NCBI GenBank assembly: GCA_043228905.1
Contig: JBHGNT010000003.1
Coordinates: 1,984,001-2,048,000, forward strand
DNA: 64,000 nucleotides
Source of the DNA: Azolla caroliniana
Taxonomy: Eukaryota > Plantae > Polypodiophyta
Direction: 5' to 3'
The translations under genes and the position numbers were made by a program. Below, piece after piece: positions 49,561-63,501 of the stretch; the first letter of the stretch is position 1; each line of letters starts with the position of its first letter. The notes under the pieces were generated by a model. The model had not been told where the DNA came from, did not search any database, and saw nothing but the letters and a program-made list of their open reading frames with translations.

Positions 49561-51049
49561 ATTACCAATATTACACACTCAACTTTAAGGAAGCAAAATA
49601 AAGTCGTTTTAGGGATGAGAGTCACCAAGTGGCATAACAAGAAGGATATGAATGGACATGTTTTTCCATGATATCCTCTCACATAATTCAAACTTCCTAG
49701 CAAAGTGAAATTTGGTAGTACTTGTTAATAATCTTTCCGACATTTTCTTCAATGTGTTTAAAATGATTTACATTTAGGTCTTGAAGATCACATCCGCTCC
49801 TTGTGGTACATATTGGATATCCTCGTGTTCTTTATTCCTGTGATATTGGATACCCTTGATGCCATCGATTATGCAACCTCTCTCTTTGTTCTTAAATGTC
49901 TCACTTTCGCTTGTCTCGTTCATACAATTCATATTTGGTAATTTTTAGGTTCAACTCTTGTGAGCAAGGTGTACCAATGATTGGCGGTTTCGCAAAACTC
50001 AAATACCACATTTTGGCATTCCACCTAGAACTCTTTCTTGATATTGCTTGAAGCTCTTCCCGATTTGTGGCATATACTTAGTTTGAATCATAGTATTTAG
50101 TTTCCTTCGACAACCTACTCAAGTTCTTCATATTAGCGAAATGTTTTCTTCTATTCTACTATTAGGTTCTCATGGAGTAGCCATGAGGATGAGAATTTCT
50201 TGGGTTTTGGTGTTCTCAAGTTGGTTAATTCGGTTTATTACTTAGATAAACCATAATCACTAATTTGACATGAACATGAATGGGTGCACGTTTAGAGCTT
50301 TGTTAAGTTTACTTTCAAAGCACCGACTATTGAATCTACGTAGTCATAATATTCGAAACGAAGCTTGATAAGTTACCATTCAATCTTGATCAGACCATGA
50401 AATAATTAGCCTAACCTATAATTGATATAAAGTTAAATCCTAAGGTCAATATAAAAACATATTTAGAAGAATCATAATATGCATCCCAAACACTCGACAA
50501 TATCATGTCCAAAGCATGTTGCACGAATGCTTTTAAAATCATCATTTGGAGGTTGTATTGTGAAAACACCACCTAAGCATTACATAACCATGTAACATCT
50601 AAGCATGATCATTGAGGTGCATGGGATGTGGGATCACATGAAAAATGTTATATATTGTGAAAATATCACCTACACACAATAAATAGTATGCCTTGACATT
50701 GGGTTCTAGCCTCCATCCCCACTTTGTGTTTTAATAGAAACGTTTTTAGAATGACTATATATTTTTTTTAATAAAAGATTTTCTTCAATAGTATTAAGAA
50801 CAAAACGCCCAAAGGCTACAACTTGAACCTAGTTACCAAGAAGATTACAACTTTTCTTATACAATGATGTAAAATACTCATAAGACCCAATATCGAACTT
50901 TGTAAAGGATGTTTACATTTGTTGACATTCAAGAAAGAGTACATGAAAGTCGATATTGCCATTGAGGCTCTTGAGTTGACATTGTAAACAGGGGCACCTT
51001 TTTCCATAAGTGAAGAAGCTTTTTCCTTTTCTTGTTCACAGTATCTGGG

Positions 51050-52610
51050 GAAACCTGCATATTGTCATATTGGCCACTAACCACTACCATCAAGAGTTGG
51101 CCCCTTGAATGACCATATCCATTTCCAATAGGTTCTCAAATGCAAAGTGGAGACACCCCAATTGGTCCAATGTTTCTGAGTTGCTGGTATTGTTTCATTC
51201 TGAGAGAGCAGTAATGATCTTCCAAGTTTTACTGAGTACTGAAAGAAGGGGACCTTTACGATCTTTTCCCCCAAGGAGTGTGACCAAAGCCAACCCCCCG
51301 AATCCCATGTTAATCTTGTAACAAAATCTTTTGCGTATAACCACATGATATCACACACACGAGCAATTGATGGATACGGATCAAGGATCCCTTTCTTTCC
51401 AATTTTAGCAACCACTCTAATTGGTGCACTTCGCAAGTCCTGTAGATAATTGCAATCAAAGGTATAAGATTGCAAACTATTGTTGTCTATGACCTCAAAA
51501 TAAGAAACACACCCATTAGGTGAAACACCTTAACAACCATCAATGTATCATTTGTGAAGCATCCAAACCATATATGTTCGTGCCTAGGTTGGAAGGTTGT
51601 AAAAAATGAAGAATATGTTGTTGATAAGGTAGCCATCATTATCTTGGCACCATGAACTGATTGTAGATGTGCAAGTCGATCTTCTTGTGACATTTGTTGA
51701 AAATGAGTCCAAGTTCTTGCAGATGCAACTGGTCCATTATCCAATTTACCCCAAGCAAGGTGAGTACGCAAGCCCAATACTTTTCCTGCATTACCTCGAA
51801 ATAGAGAATTGGCAAGCATAGGCTGATTAAGTAATGCATCCCAGGTAGAAGGTTTGTCCTTTAGCAAAAATGATTTAATCGCATCCCACGCTCTTATGCT
51901 TCCTAACAAAAATCTATTGCATGCAATATTCCTCCTTGGGGTTTTCATGTCATTCAAGAACAACCACTTTAGAGAGGGTGACCATGCTCCTCCTGTCTTC
52001 GGAGTTAACTGCATTAATTGCTTTAAAAACATTTCTTTCCAAACTTCTGATCCTGGCAACAAACCTCTGATAACAAACTTAGTCAAGAGAGCTCTTGATT
52101 GCATCAAAGGATCTATCAAACCCAATCCTCCATTGATTTTAGGTTGAATCAACACATTCCAAGCAACTTTGGCTACTGTTGGAGAGCCATGTTCCCCCCC
52201 CCCAAAGGAAATTGCGGATCAAGCTTTGCACTTTTGTTATTGCTGATCTAGAAAATAGCCACACATATGCTATAAACCACATTAATGCCAATAGTACTGT
52301 GTTTGCTACTACAACCCGACCCGCAAAAGACAATTGTTGGGCATCCCAATACATTAATTTACATTTGATTGATAATAGTAACGGAGATAACATTGCTTCT
52401 GGCCTTAAATCTATTCCAACCATGCATCCCAAATATCGAACTAGCTCACCATGATGAAGCCATTGGAAAGCAGGACTTGGATACCACTCAGGATGAGTTT
52501 TTGCACCCACCCAAAGGCCAATTGACTTATTCCAGTTATGTGATGCACTTGTAGTATTTGAGAAACTTGCAAAGCATTTTGTACCCGACCGATATTACCA
52601 ATCTCCCTGT
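51050..52610 (-). mobile_element. LINE ORF2 fragment (end of RT and downstream region), decayed
   Basis: RYLGCMVG, LSFAGRVVVANTVLL, IRNFLWG, PKINGGLGLIDP and VPFFQYSVKLGR, collinear with LINE-B 37.5-38.9 kb. Confidence 0.88.
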
Positions 52611-55600
52611 CAACATAGAGGGCTTAGAATGACTATATTTGAAAAAGGGCTAGATTGGAAATACATATATTTTAAACATGTCTTTACTTTGGATTTGTGT
52701 ATGATTGATATACCACTTTGTCCATCTTAATAAGGCACTAAATTAGATATGCTTGCTCTTTAGATTCATTTGTTAGGAAGGCCTACCTTTTAGGTTTATG
52801 GTTAACAAGGCACAAAATTCATAGGGCCTACCTTTATATTCATTGGAGGCATGATAGAAACGGAGACGAAAATATATGGAAGAAAACTAGGAGGAAAAAT
52901 CAGTAAATAAATGTGGTAAAAGTTTCCAAATGTTATGGTCCCTAGGTTTGTTCAATAAACAAACTTTAGAATTGCTCTATAGTGTTTTGTCTATATAACA
53001 TGCTCCCCAATACTAAAACATTCGACTCTTGTAATGACAACAATTTAATTTTGATTCTTGAATTCGTTTAGATCTCAAATGTTTAGTCCCAACTTCTAAG
53101 TGTGTTGGGCACATACAGGATGCCATTGCCTCAAAGGCACGAAGTTGGGTATTTTCTATAGTGGTCTCGTGTAAGCAAAGGTGCAGGCTTGAGACATGTA
53201 GTAGGCATAGATGGGGCTAGTACCACACCTTTTAGAAGCTCATGGAACACATTGGCTCAATCACCATTGAATTGTAGACCTCAAGCTATGGAAAATAATT
53301 ATGATAAAATGATGGGGATATGCAATGAGGTTAAGGGTGGTGACCTCTTCCTAGCGCAAACCAACATTGAGAATAAGAGGGATTGTCTCCTATGTGATTG
53401 TACCAAAGGAGTGTGGAAGAGCATCATTCACCTCAATTGGAATTTGGGATATGGCTAGATATTTCACAACAATGATTCCTACATGAAACCATGCATAATG
53501 TCCATAAAGAAAGATGTAGCCTCTAACTTGACTAGACCTATACTTGAGCACTTTAAAGGCACTATTATTCTACAAGGGGTTCTAGAACCTTGAAAACATG
53601 TACGACTATGATGTGGCATGCATAAACATGTATTGCATGTCTATTTGTATAAAATGGGGTTTTTATCTGTAGTTGACCTCAAGGAGTATAGAATCTATCA
53701 TTAGATCTCATTCTAGGCTTTGACTTGAACCTTGTATCTTGTTTCGTAGTCACATTCACACCTCCATTTCAAGGGTTTTGCCATGCTTACTTGCCCAATA
53801 TCCGCAACAATTTGATATCCTTGGTCGAACTATCAGATAAGTTTTTGTGATAATATCTTTAAGCGATGACCCATCATTGATATAGATGGCAGAAATTGAA
53901 CTGGTTGAGCTTCAACATGCACTTTGTTGGCATATAGGCTTCATCCCCCATGCATAAGTCATCTTTGCATTGGAGGAATTAGACATTCAAGGAATGTCTA
54001 TCCATTCCACTTCGTAGTCATAAACTTGTTAAGATTTCAACCTCCTTCGAGTATCCTTTTTTTTATTTCCTAGATATCAAAACAATTCCTTACATGTTGG
54101 AAGTGATATCTCAAGCCAAGATTAGAGATCTATAATAGTCTTAAATACCAAGAGATAACTTGGTAGAAAACCATTCCCAATAGTTGAGTTCGAGAGCTAC
54201 AGGTTGGCTAAGCCAATCAAAGCTTGTAGATAACAAATGGAAAGTGAGAGAAGATCAATAGATGTGAAAAGAAAGTCACAACAAAAATGCATACATGGAC
54301 TTATGTAAAACATACTTGATGCTATGCCAAGGGATGTGTGGGACCAAGTGCTTCAAAGAAGTTTCTCATGAGTGTGTTAAATGTTATTTATCAAGCCAAG
54401 TCATACGATAGAGTCAAATCTTCTTGTGATTAAAATCTCCTTAATTTTCAAAGTACTTGGAGCTCCATAACACCAAGACCTATAAGACACGAGACTTATA
54501 AGGCCTTATAGCTCGAGATAGATCATAGGACTAATACACCACAATCTATCTTATATGGATAGTAGTAGTGGCACCACTATCACCACAGTCAATTGCAATG
54601 TGGTTGTTGATAGGGGCCACAAATTGATGGAAGTGATCATGATGGAGGTGAGTCCCACCCATTCAAGAAAATTGTGCACAACCTCTCTTTCCCACTAGTT
54701 CAGTGTTCCCTACACCTAGACATTACGATATTGTATGGTTGGTCATGGAAGACAACCCAAGCTACCTAAACTAATAGCATCCACTACCACAACCATCACC
54801 ACCACTAATGGGAATGCCATTGAAAAATTGGGGAGTTCTTGGAGCAAGCATTCCCTCGAAGATAGGGCGATAACTACCACTAGAGATATTGATGATGCTC
54901 TTGTGAAAAATAGCCCCATGGTGCCCCTTGTTGAGTATTTGTAGAATACGGCCATTCATGAGCACACGGAACTCACAACATGAATATTATCTCAACAAAT
55001 TACACTAGTGCGAGACGAATTGGAATGTGCAACGATAAAAAGTATAACCATGGTCATGAAACTCATTAAAATTGATCCCATGGAAACTATGAAAAAGGGT
55101 TGATGATCCACCCCAAACCAAACAATATTCCCAAGCCCCCGAATTAGCCTAATAAATTCCTTTTCACATTGAGCACCATAGAGTTCATCCAAATCAAAGG
55201 GGGAGGAGCTGGAGCAAGCTCTGAGTGTAGCCAAATAGTGATTGAGCCACAACAATCACCAACAACACTGCATAGGCCATATCCATGGAAGAGACAATTG
55301 ACAGATGTTTGCCCCAAATAGCAAGTCTAACGGAGGGGCTAAAAGAGAATTGAACATCAAAAGAGCAAAAACTACATGAAGCAACAATGTGTATGGGCAT
55401 AGGCAAGGCAAAAATAGCCAAAGAGCAACATGAGTTCACACCACAATACTATACTGGATGGTATACAAGTGAGAGGCCATTATACTTTCATTGTCACTTG
55501 GCTAATGGATGATTCTGAAAAGAGCAGATCCGACAAATGAGACCACATCGGGCGATGGCCAAGGGAGGATCTCTGAGCTTCAGTTGTGGTACGATCTCAT

Positions 55601-56949
55601 TCAAGGGGCATGTCTTCGAGTGGCATGACAAGCAAGGAAGTATTGGAAAAAGCTAGACATGGGTAATGGCATGTGGATGAAACTCAAGGATGGCACACAG
55701 GAAGTGACAATTTGAATTGCATGGTACTAGGATGAGTTTTCATAGTGGAGAAGGAACTCCCTCATGACCCATCTCACAACATTCAAATTACCTTGTAACT
55801 TGCTCATCTGTTTGTGCATTCCAACTTGGGCATTGGAAATGAATCACTTTCACATCCTCCAAGCATGCCATAAACCCCAATACCTCAAGAATTGTGGTAT
55901 GGTAGCACTGGTCATCAGAATCTTCATCCAAACGTCTTTACAACTTCTAGGCATAACTATTACATTTTCAATGTAGATAGCATAACATCGTGGATTGTAA
56001 TCAGTCCAACCCCTTCAGTCCGATAAAATTGAGTTTGAGAACAATTCTTGTTCTCCCAACTCAATGCGCTTGGAAGTTCATAGTGTCTACAAAGAATTTG
56101 CATATAGTGTTTCAACATTTAAGGGTATCCATTGGGAGTTAGACATGGCAAATGCCCAATTAATTGAGTGTATTGTCAGCATATTGAAGGGCAAATGTAT
56201 GTATTGGAAGTCTCAATTGATTATGCAACTCGATGTGATGCAACATATTTTGGAACCCATACTCTAACCTTTTTTACCATTGCTACTTTAGACTGAGAAG
56301 GCATTACAAGAAATGTGGTGTGACCTCTTCAATTCATGTTGTGGTGGAAGAAGAGGAAGATGGGAATTACATGGATGTCATGGTGCATCATTTGGCGCCT
56401 CCCAAGCAATTAGGTGGTCCAATCACTTGTTTTGATTAGGGGATGTCGAACTGGACAATGTAATTGATAATGAACCTCAAATGCTAGAAGATTTTGATGA
56501 TGCCAAAACATGGTTATTTACTCCACCAAAATATGGTTTTATCTGACAAAATTTGTAAAGCATAACATTGTTATAACGATGTTTGACAATGAATATAGAT
56601 CACCAGCCTTTAGTAGACTGATGTTTGAAAAGTGGTACAACGTTGTGAATGGTAAATACTAATATGTTGTATCATCAATCCATAGTATCACTTTCATCGT
56701 TTTCATAAAAGTCATCGGAGTGGAATGTAGGTGAGTCTGTTGCAGGGTGGTGGAAAATGTTGCAATGTAGTTGGCATTCTCAATTGTCATTGTCAATTAA
56801 TTCAATGCCCTATTGTACACGTTATGTTTGGAAATATAGATTGGAAACATGGGAATTTTTGTCTTCTTATTACTTGGTGTCTAGAGAATCTTATCTTTAG
56901 GTAACGTGTACAAAATTGTCCAAAGGATGAATAAAAGGGAGGTGTGTAC

Positions 56950-57900
56950 TTAGGGGTCCCATAATCAAAAGTAAAGTTGGAGAAATTCTATTTAGAGATT
57001 ATGCATGGACCAAGACATTTATAATCCAACTTGTTGTAGAGCTTGGTGGACTTTATATTACTTTGTAAAATCCATACTTATGATTCCCTACTCGAAACTT
57101 AGGTTCTTTTGGTGATGAGCGGAGATGGTGAGAAAGAGCATTGGGAATCTATTGGAGTCAAAGTAGACAATCCTTAGCAACTAGATGAAGTGCTAAACAA
57201 ATAAGCTAGCCAAAAAAGGAGCCATTTTGTTGGGCAACTGAGAATTTGATGTGGAATATGTCTAAGGTAATGGTTCCATAATACTTCCATTTCACTTGAA
57301 TTGAGCTAGTAGGGGTTTTACAATAGAAATTGAACTTAGTACTAAAGGCCATCGAGTCCTAGCATCGGCTCTCTTAGTTCATGAGCCAAATCTTGCTTCA
57401 TGGATTGAATATTGGCGTTGACATAACCAATCCTCTTGAAAAAACTACCCTCTCCAACATTAGTCACACTTGTTACGAATGTAAGATGACATTCAATGCA
57501 TGAGATGAATGATGAAGTATGAATATCCCTTCTTTAGATGGAGACACAAATCAAGGAAACTTGTGTACTTAGGCCCCATGGGTCAATATTGGCCTCTCAA
57601 TATAAGTTAAAAAAATATCTTATCTATCCATCTTTATTGAAAACATAGGTTTATAGATAAATTTGTGTGAAAAACATTATAATGTTGCCACACATGATTG
57701 TTCTCTTCACGACATAGCAAGACGATTAAAGAATTTTATCTTCCTCCAATAAATATATTTGCTAGATCAAGACCCCCTTCAACTTCTAGTTATGAGGCAA
57801 TCAAATACAAAACTCCAGGGTATGTCCTAACTCCATGGTGGCCATCAAATACAAAAAGCATTGTGCATATCCTAGTCATGAGGCAATCATGAATACCTTA
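56950..57900 (-). mobile_element. Highly decayed Ty3/gypsy integrase-like remnant
   Basis: Minus-strand fragment FRVG..NIKSTKLYNKLDYKCLGPCII resembles the gypsy INT C-terminal GPY/F motif. No long ORF. Confidence 0.4.
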
Positions 57901-60368
57901 TAAAGAGGAAAACAATCTACATCTCTTATCTCGGGTCAAATTGTGTAAATTGCGCAAACACCTACAATCAAATAACAATGTGATAAACTTGCCAAATTTA
58001 AGAAATGTAACACCAAAATTGAGGAGCAATCGGACATTGCATGAAACAATGAGTACTATCTTCCACCTCAATGGTGCATGAGAAATAATTGCTTGTTGCT
58101 AGTTAACATTGTCATGAGAATCCAAGAGAAGGGTGCAAGGATGTGAGTAGGACTAATCTAGGGAGATGGCTTTGCTGAAATTGTTGATGAAGGTTTAAGA
58201 GAATTGAGGGGGTCAGGTAGCATGTGGTTGTGCTTCTAAGGATATTTCCTCTTTACTTTATGTGGCCGCACTTGAGAATGTATATTCTATAAGTGTTTAT
58301 TAAGTTGTTTATGCAAGAAAGATATCCATGCTCCCATACATGTAGTGTGCTTATATGCAATACATCTAATTATATTGTTGATGTGTGTAATGTAGAATGT
58401 GAACAATAGCTTGTATGTCCATAAGAGAAAGAATGTGCGTGAATGTGTAAATCAATATGAAATTATATAGTATGTGTGTCAGAATGTATAAATATATAAG
58501 TGTAACTGATGTGTTTATAGATATGATTTTTAAACGTGTGTGTACGTTGATTATGTCAATGTGTAAGTGTCTCGGGAAATACTTTTAAGTGCATATGTAT
58601 GTGTTGTCTGTTACTGTCTTTTATAATCCTTTGTAGATGGGATTGGCTAGGCGGGGGGGTTGGCAACTTGATGTAGGTTTTAGCAATTAATATATATGTG
58701 TTGTATCTATTGGTAATTCATAGGAATTTTTGAAACAATATATCACGACCTTCCTCCGCTTTTTGAGTTTTGGGTGTACAAAAGGGGAATTAGATTAAGT
58801 ACTATGACCCCTAGGTTCGGCATTGAGCCTAGGGTGGGGAATGGAAGTTCAATAATGAGGAAGTTGACTATTGTAAGTGACAACGTAGAGGTAGTCAATC
58901 AAGCAAAAGCTTGACATAAGGATGATCAATCCAACAAAGGCTTGCGACTTTCGCCAGTTATAAACTCAAGTAATAGTGTTTTGACTTGTTGGATAAAAAA
59001 TATATAATCTCTTTTAACTTGCACTTCACCTTGTCCTTGCATGGGCACCTTGTTTCGGCAAAATGTACGTTCATGTATATATACACATTTACCATACCTT
59101 TACTTGTTGTCACTTAAGCATTTGTAGCTCATATTTTGAATCCTTGACTACATTGACCCAATGGGTAGAGCTACACTTCGTTCTCTTTGTCTTCTCTTGG
59201 TGATAAGGTCAAACATAATCCTAACCTATATAAACATTGACTTTTTGGCACTTTTCTCTCTTTACAGATTCCATATCACTACATTGTCTCCTTAAAGTTA
59301 ATCCAAAAGGTAAAACCTCAGTCAATTCTCTCTTCATGAAGACCTTTGCTAGAAATGGCAATGTAGAATGTAATCGTCATCCTCTCATATGTCAAGATGG
59401 GCTTTCTTGTGGACGATTGAAATAATTCTCTTCCTTTCTCTAAAACACACACAATTATATTAATAAATGTATATGAAAAACACTACAATAATGTTATGTT
59501 ACTCTCTCTTTGTCTCTCTCTCTCTAGGAAACACACACTAACTATTATGGATGCGAATAATACCTACAAGTCATAAGTGACTCATAACTAAGAAAAACGG
59601 CTTGAAGTGACCATATAATTTTCAAAATTTCAACTACCAGAATGAGAAGTGATTATCTAGGTACTTGTAGAAATATTCAAAAAATAGTTAAAAATAAAAA
59701 ATGGCCACCAAACAAACTAAGTTTTTATTGTTTGTAGAGTTTTGTTTTAGCTACAAAAAACAATGTTTGTGCTTAGAACAATGAGGTAATCAGATGGTTA
59801 TGGGATTTGTTTTATATATATTCAAAATGTCACCAAGGTGCCATGTATTTATAGTAAAAAGTCACCCATTTTTTGGTAAATGTGAAAATGTCGTTCTTTA
59901 ATATTTCCCAAAATGTCACAATTAATGTTATGATAAGAAATGCATAGTTGGTCAAGGAAAGAATGGTGTCCATGTTCATAGCTATGTAATGGGCGCATCA
60001 AGAATGCCACACTTAACTCTATGATTAGGAGAAGATGTGGTTGGACAGGGAAGGTAGGTTATAGGTGCAAGTTATGGGGTTCATCATGGCACATATAAAG
60101 AACTAATCATGTAATTGGTATGATTAAGAGAACCCATGGTTGCACATGGAATAGATGGGCATAGGTATATCATGGGTAAATGGGTCAAATTGCACGGGGA
60201 AAAAATAACAAAAGCTCATAAATATTTGTCAAAAGCTCATCATCATGGAAAAATGCTCATCTCCCCAATTAATATGTTCGTGTACAACTTCCTTCGTTAA
60301 ATATATATGTACACCCACACAACATGGGTTGAAACAATTGATTTTGATGTTCCTTGATCATCCACTTA

Positions 60369-60495
60369 TGTGGACATTTGCAACCGGATGGGAACCGGTT
60401 ATGAATGAAGTGGACTTGGTGAAAACCGGATGGACCCGATGAGAACCGGAAGAGATCCGGAAACCAAATTGGACTGAAAACTGGATCGGATAGAC

Positions 60496-60558
<63 letters not shown>

Positions 60559-60759
60559 AGGGAGAGGGAGAGGGAGAGGGAGAGGAGAGAGAGGGAGAGA
60601 GGGAGAGAGAGAGAGAACATTTTCTATTGTAACCGCCGCTTGGCGAAGAAACAAAGCTTGAGGTCGTTGCCTCCGAGTCTCTGATTGTAACTTTCTCTTA
60701 TAGTGATAGTTCGGAGTCTGTGGGCTCTCGTGGTTTTTCCCTATTAGGGTTTTCCACGT
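60369..60759 (+). mobile_element. LTR related to the Copia-3 LTR, interrupted by the gypsy insertion
   Basis: CCGGATG-rich start, long (GA)n tract, then TGTAACCGCCGC...GAGGTCGTTGCCTCCG...GGTTTTTCCCT...GGGTTTTCCACGT as in Copia-3 U5. The left boundary is approximate. Confidence 0.8.
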
Positions 60760-63378
60760 TGTCGTGAAGAAAACCGTCCCTAGGCAGAAACCGAGTTTAG
60801 CGTGTGTAAACCAACCCTTACACGCGATCACACTTTTCGTTGTATAGTACAAGTCGGCTGAGATGAAATCCTAGGTAGCACGCATTCAATAGGGAAGAAT
60901 CGAGGTGTATCTTTGTCCGAAAGGACAGAGAATTAATATGATGTAACGAATGATAATGGCCTCCCTCCTTGGGCTATAAAAGAGAGGGAGAGGAACGAAA
61001 AAGGGATCGCTTTTATCGAGGACGAAGTGCTGTCGGACTGGGACCGAGCTCTTCTCCTCCTTTTTTTTCTCTGTATTTGCTTTGAGCAGGTTTTCGAGAG
61101 GCTGATTCTGCTCCGTGGAACGCTAGTGTGCTTCCGGCAGAGTCTCCATCTCGCTCTTCTGTATGTGAGTGAACAGGCGTCGGTGTTCGCCTTGCCGGCC
61201 TGTTAGTTGTAAACGTCTTGATATATCTTTATATATTTACGTACAGACACGTTCATATACTCGGACTTCTAGTCGTCTCGTTTTGCTGTGTTGTCGGACT
61301 GTGATTCCTGTGTGCTCCCGCGTCTGTGTGTGTGTGAGTGCGCCCGCTGCCTTTCCGTTCTCCTCCTTCTCAGCTATTCCTCGGTCCAAGACCCCCGTGG
61401 TCCCGCCCTTCTACATGCACGCGCGTAATAACGCGACATAATTGGTGAACCCGACGTGAAAAGGCGGCGGAGGAATAGAAAGATGAGGGGGTCGGATCTC
61501 GCGGAAGCCATGGCTTCGGCTGTGGATCGGATAGTGAGTGCGCGTGAAGGCGCTGGCGCCCGCGATAGGGCTATTGAAGCGGTCGTCGGCACGATAGGCC
61601 GGTTCGGTGGGAAGGACGCCACGAGCTATTTGGAGGCCTACCAGGCCGAGATGGTGATGAGAGACATTCCGGAAGAAAGGCGACTGACCGGATTCCCTCG
61701 GGTGGCGATGCTGGGCATCCATGCGGAGGTGCTTGAGGTACGGGCTGAGAGCCGAACTTGGGAAGAGTTTGAAGGTCGGCTCCTCGAAAAATACGGGCTT
61801 GACGATGCGCTTCGGCTCTCAAAACGGGATTTCATGGAATGGGTAGAGACCCCCGAAAAGGGGAGAAACGCGTCAGTGCTCCTTCGGGAGTTTGAAGAAC
61901 GCTTTGCGAGTCTTTCGGCGCTCGACCGGACCGTACTAGACACGAGTGGCGTCCTGTTGTTCGTTAAGTCGGTGGATGCGAGGGACCGGGAGCAAGTGGG
62001 TCTCCTGCTGGAGACTGATGACGGGCTGACGGCCGACTGGGCCGTGGTGAAGAGATTCTGTGGCCGTTTTGACAAACGGCGAGAGTGGGTCGATAAAGGA
62101 TCAACGGGGGCAGGCTCTGTAGCAGCAAGGAATCTTGAGCCAACCTCGCCAGCGCGAAGGGAAGAGACCCGAGACTAGCTTGAGACCGGATCGACTTTGA
62201 CCGGCATGGTCAGAGGCTCGAGCGGAGGAGCAGCTCTAGAGGAGCTTACTAGGATGGTAAAGGACCTCTAGATTGCACAGGCACGGAGGGACGACGGCGA
62301 ACAGGCCCGTGACCGAAGGCCTCTGGCTGGAAACCGGTGTTTGTGGTGCGACACGGTCAGCCACGTCCGGAGGGACTGCGGGAACTTCGTCGAGGCAATG
62401 AGAGCCCGAAGGGTGCACACCAGCGAGACCCGAAGGGCCTTGAACCTAAATGTCGGGTGAGGGGGTATGAAACGGCTGATGGAAGAAGCGGCGGCTCGCC
62501 ACGCGGAGACCGTTCACTACTCGGCTTCGGTAGGGATCCGGGTCCGAGGTGGTGAGGCCCGGAAGACGGACGAAGCCGGATTCTGGCCATTGATGCTGGA
62601 AGGCCTCGCCGGCGCGCGGCTAAGGAAAGAAGAAGTGGACCGCGCGGAAAAATGGGTTTGGGAGGTAACTGGGTGGAGTGACTTGGTCGAAGAGAAGACG
62701 AGCTTCGTTGAAGCCGCATGCCAGAACTACGAGGCTCTGGTGGAAGACAAGCGAGTAGGTAAAACTGGAGGGGCTGGGCCCTCGCAACGGTACGAGACCT
62801 GATTCGGCCAAAGGCAGAATGAGGCTGGTGCGACCGGCGCACCAGATAAAGCCAAGAAGACCGGGTACTGAGTGAGCACGGAAATCGAACGGACCACGGA
62901 ACTGCGAAAGGTCTTGAAGGAACGTATCCTCGATAGCAAAGTGGATCTGTCGCTGAGGGAAGTGCTCGGGATTGCCAAGAAGGAGTTCCACGACTCCATC
63001 GTAGACTTGGTGAAGAGGAAGAGGCTGTCGACAAAGCCAGAGCCGGAGAAGCCGGTGGAAGTGCGAATGACGCACATAGAGGACATGGCGCTAGAAGACG
63101 AGTTGGCAGAGATCCATTATTCGAGGCCGCACTGGGCTAGAGCGACCACGGAGACCCTTGTTAAGATCGGGGATGTCCAGGAGCCGGTGGTGGCGTTGGT
63201 GGACCACGGTTCAGAAATCAACTTGATGTCCATGGACTTCTACAAGAAGGGGAAATGGCCGATCAACACCAAACATGGTTGGAAAATACGGGCAACGACG
63301 TGCGCCACGGAGGAACTACATGGAGCCTGACCGAACGTACGTGTGAAAATCAGCGATGTCGAGATCGACTAGCACTTC
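60760..63378 (+). mobile_element. Ty3/gypsy element, 5' part (LTR, PBS, decayed gag and protease), interrupted by Copia-4
   Basis: LTR TGTCG...CGACA (60760-61438), gag-like ORF (GRFGGKDATSYLEAY..TWEEFE), a CX2CX4HX4C-like knuckle near 62340 and protease VALVDHGSEINLM. Confidence 0.88.
61443..61460 (+). promoter_or_regulatory. Primer-binding site complementary to tRNA-Trp
   Basis: TGGTGAACCCGACGTGAA is the reverse complement of TTCACGTCGGGTTCACCA, the plant tRNA-Trp(CCA) 3' end as I recall it. Confidence 0.82.
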
Positions 63379-63463
63379 TGTTGGAAGCAATGTCGTCTGT
63401 GCGGAAGATCTTGAAGCACTCGATTCCTGTTTATTCCCTGTGTATGACAGAATGTAGGTCGTT

Positions 63464-63501
<38 letters not shown>

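Noticed and set aside
52700-56900. Possible gag or pol remnants (54735-55439 and nearby)
   Set aside because: Composition suggests a decayed retroelement, but no diagnostic motif or boundary was identifiable.
59800-59930. Repeated AAATGTCAC motifs as a DNA-transposon terminus
   Set aside because: No partner TIR or TSD was found.
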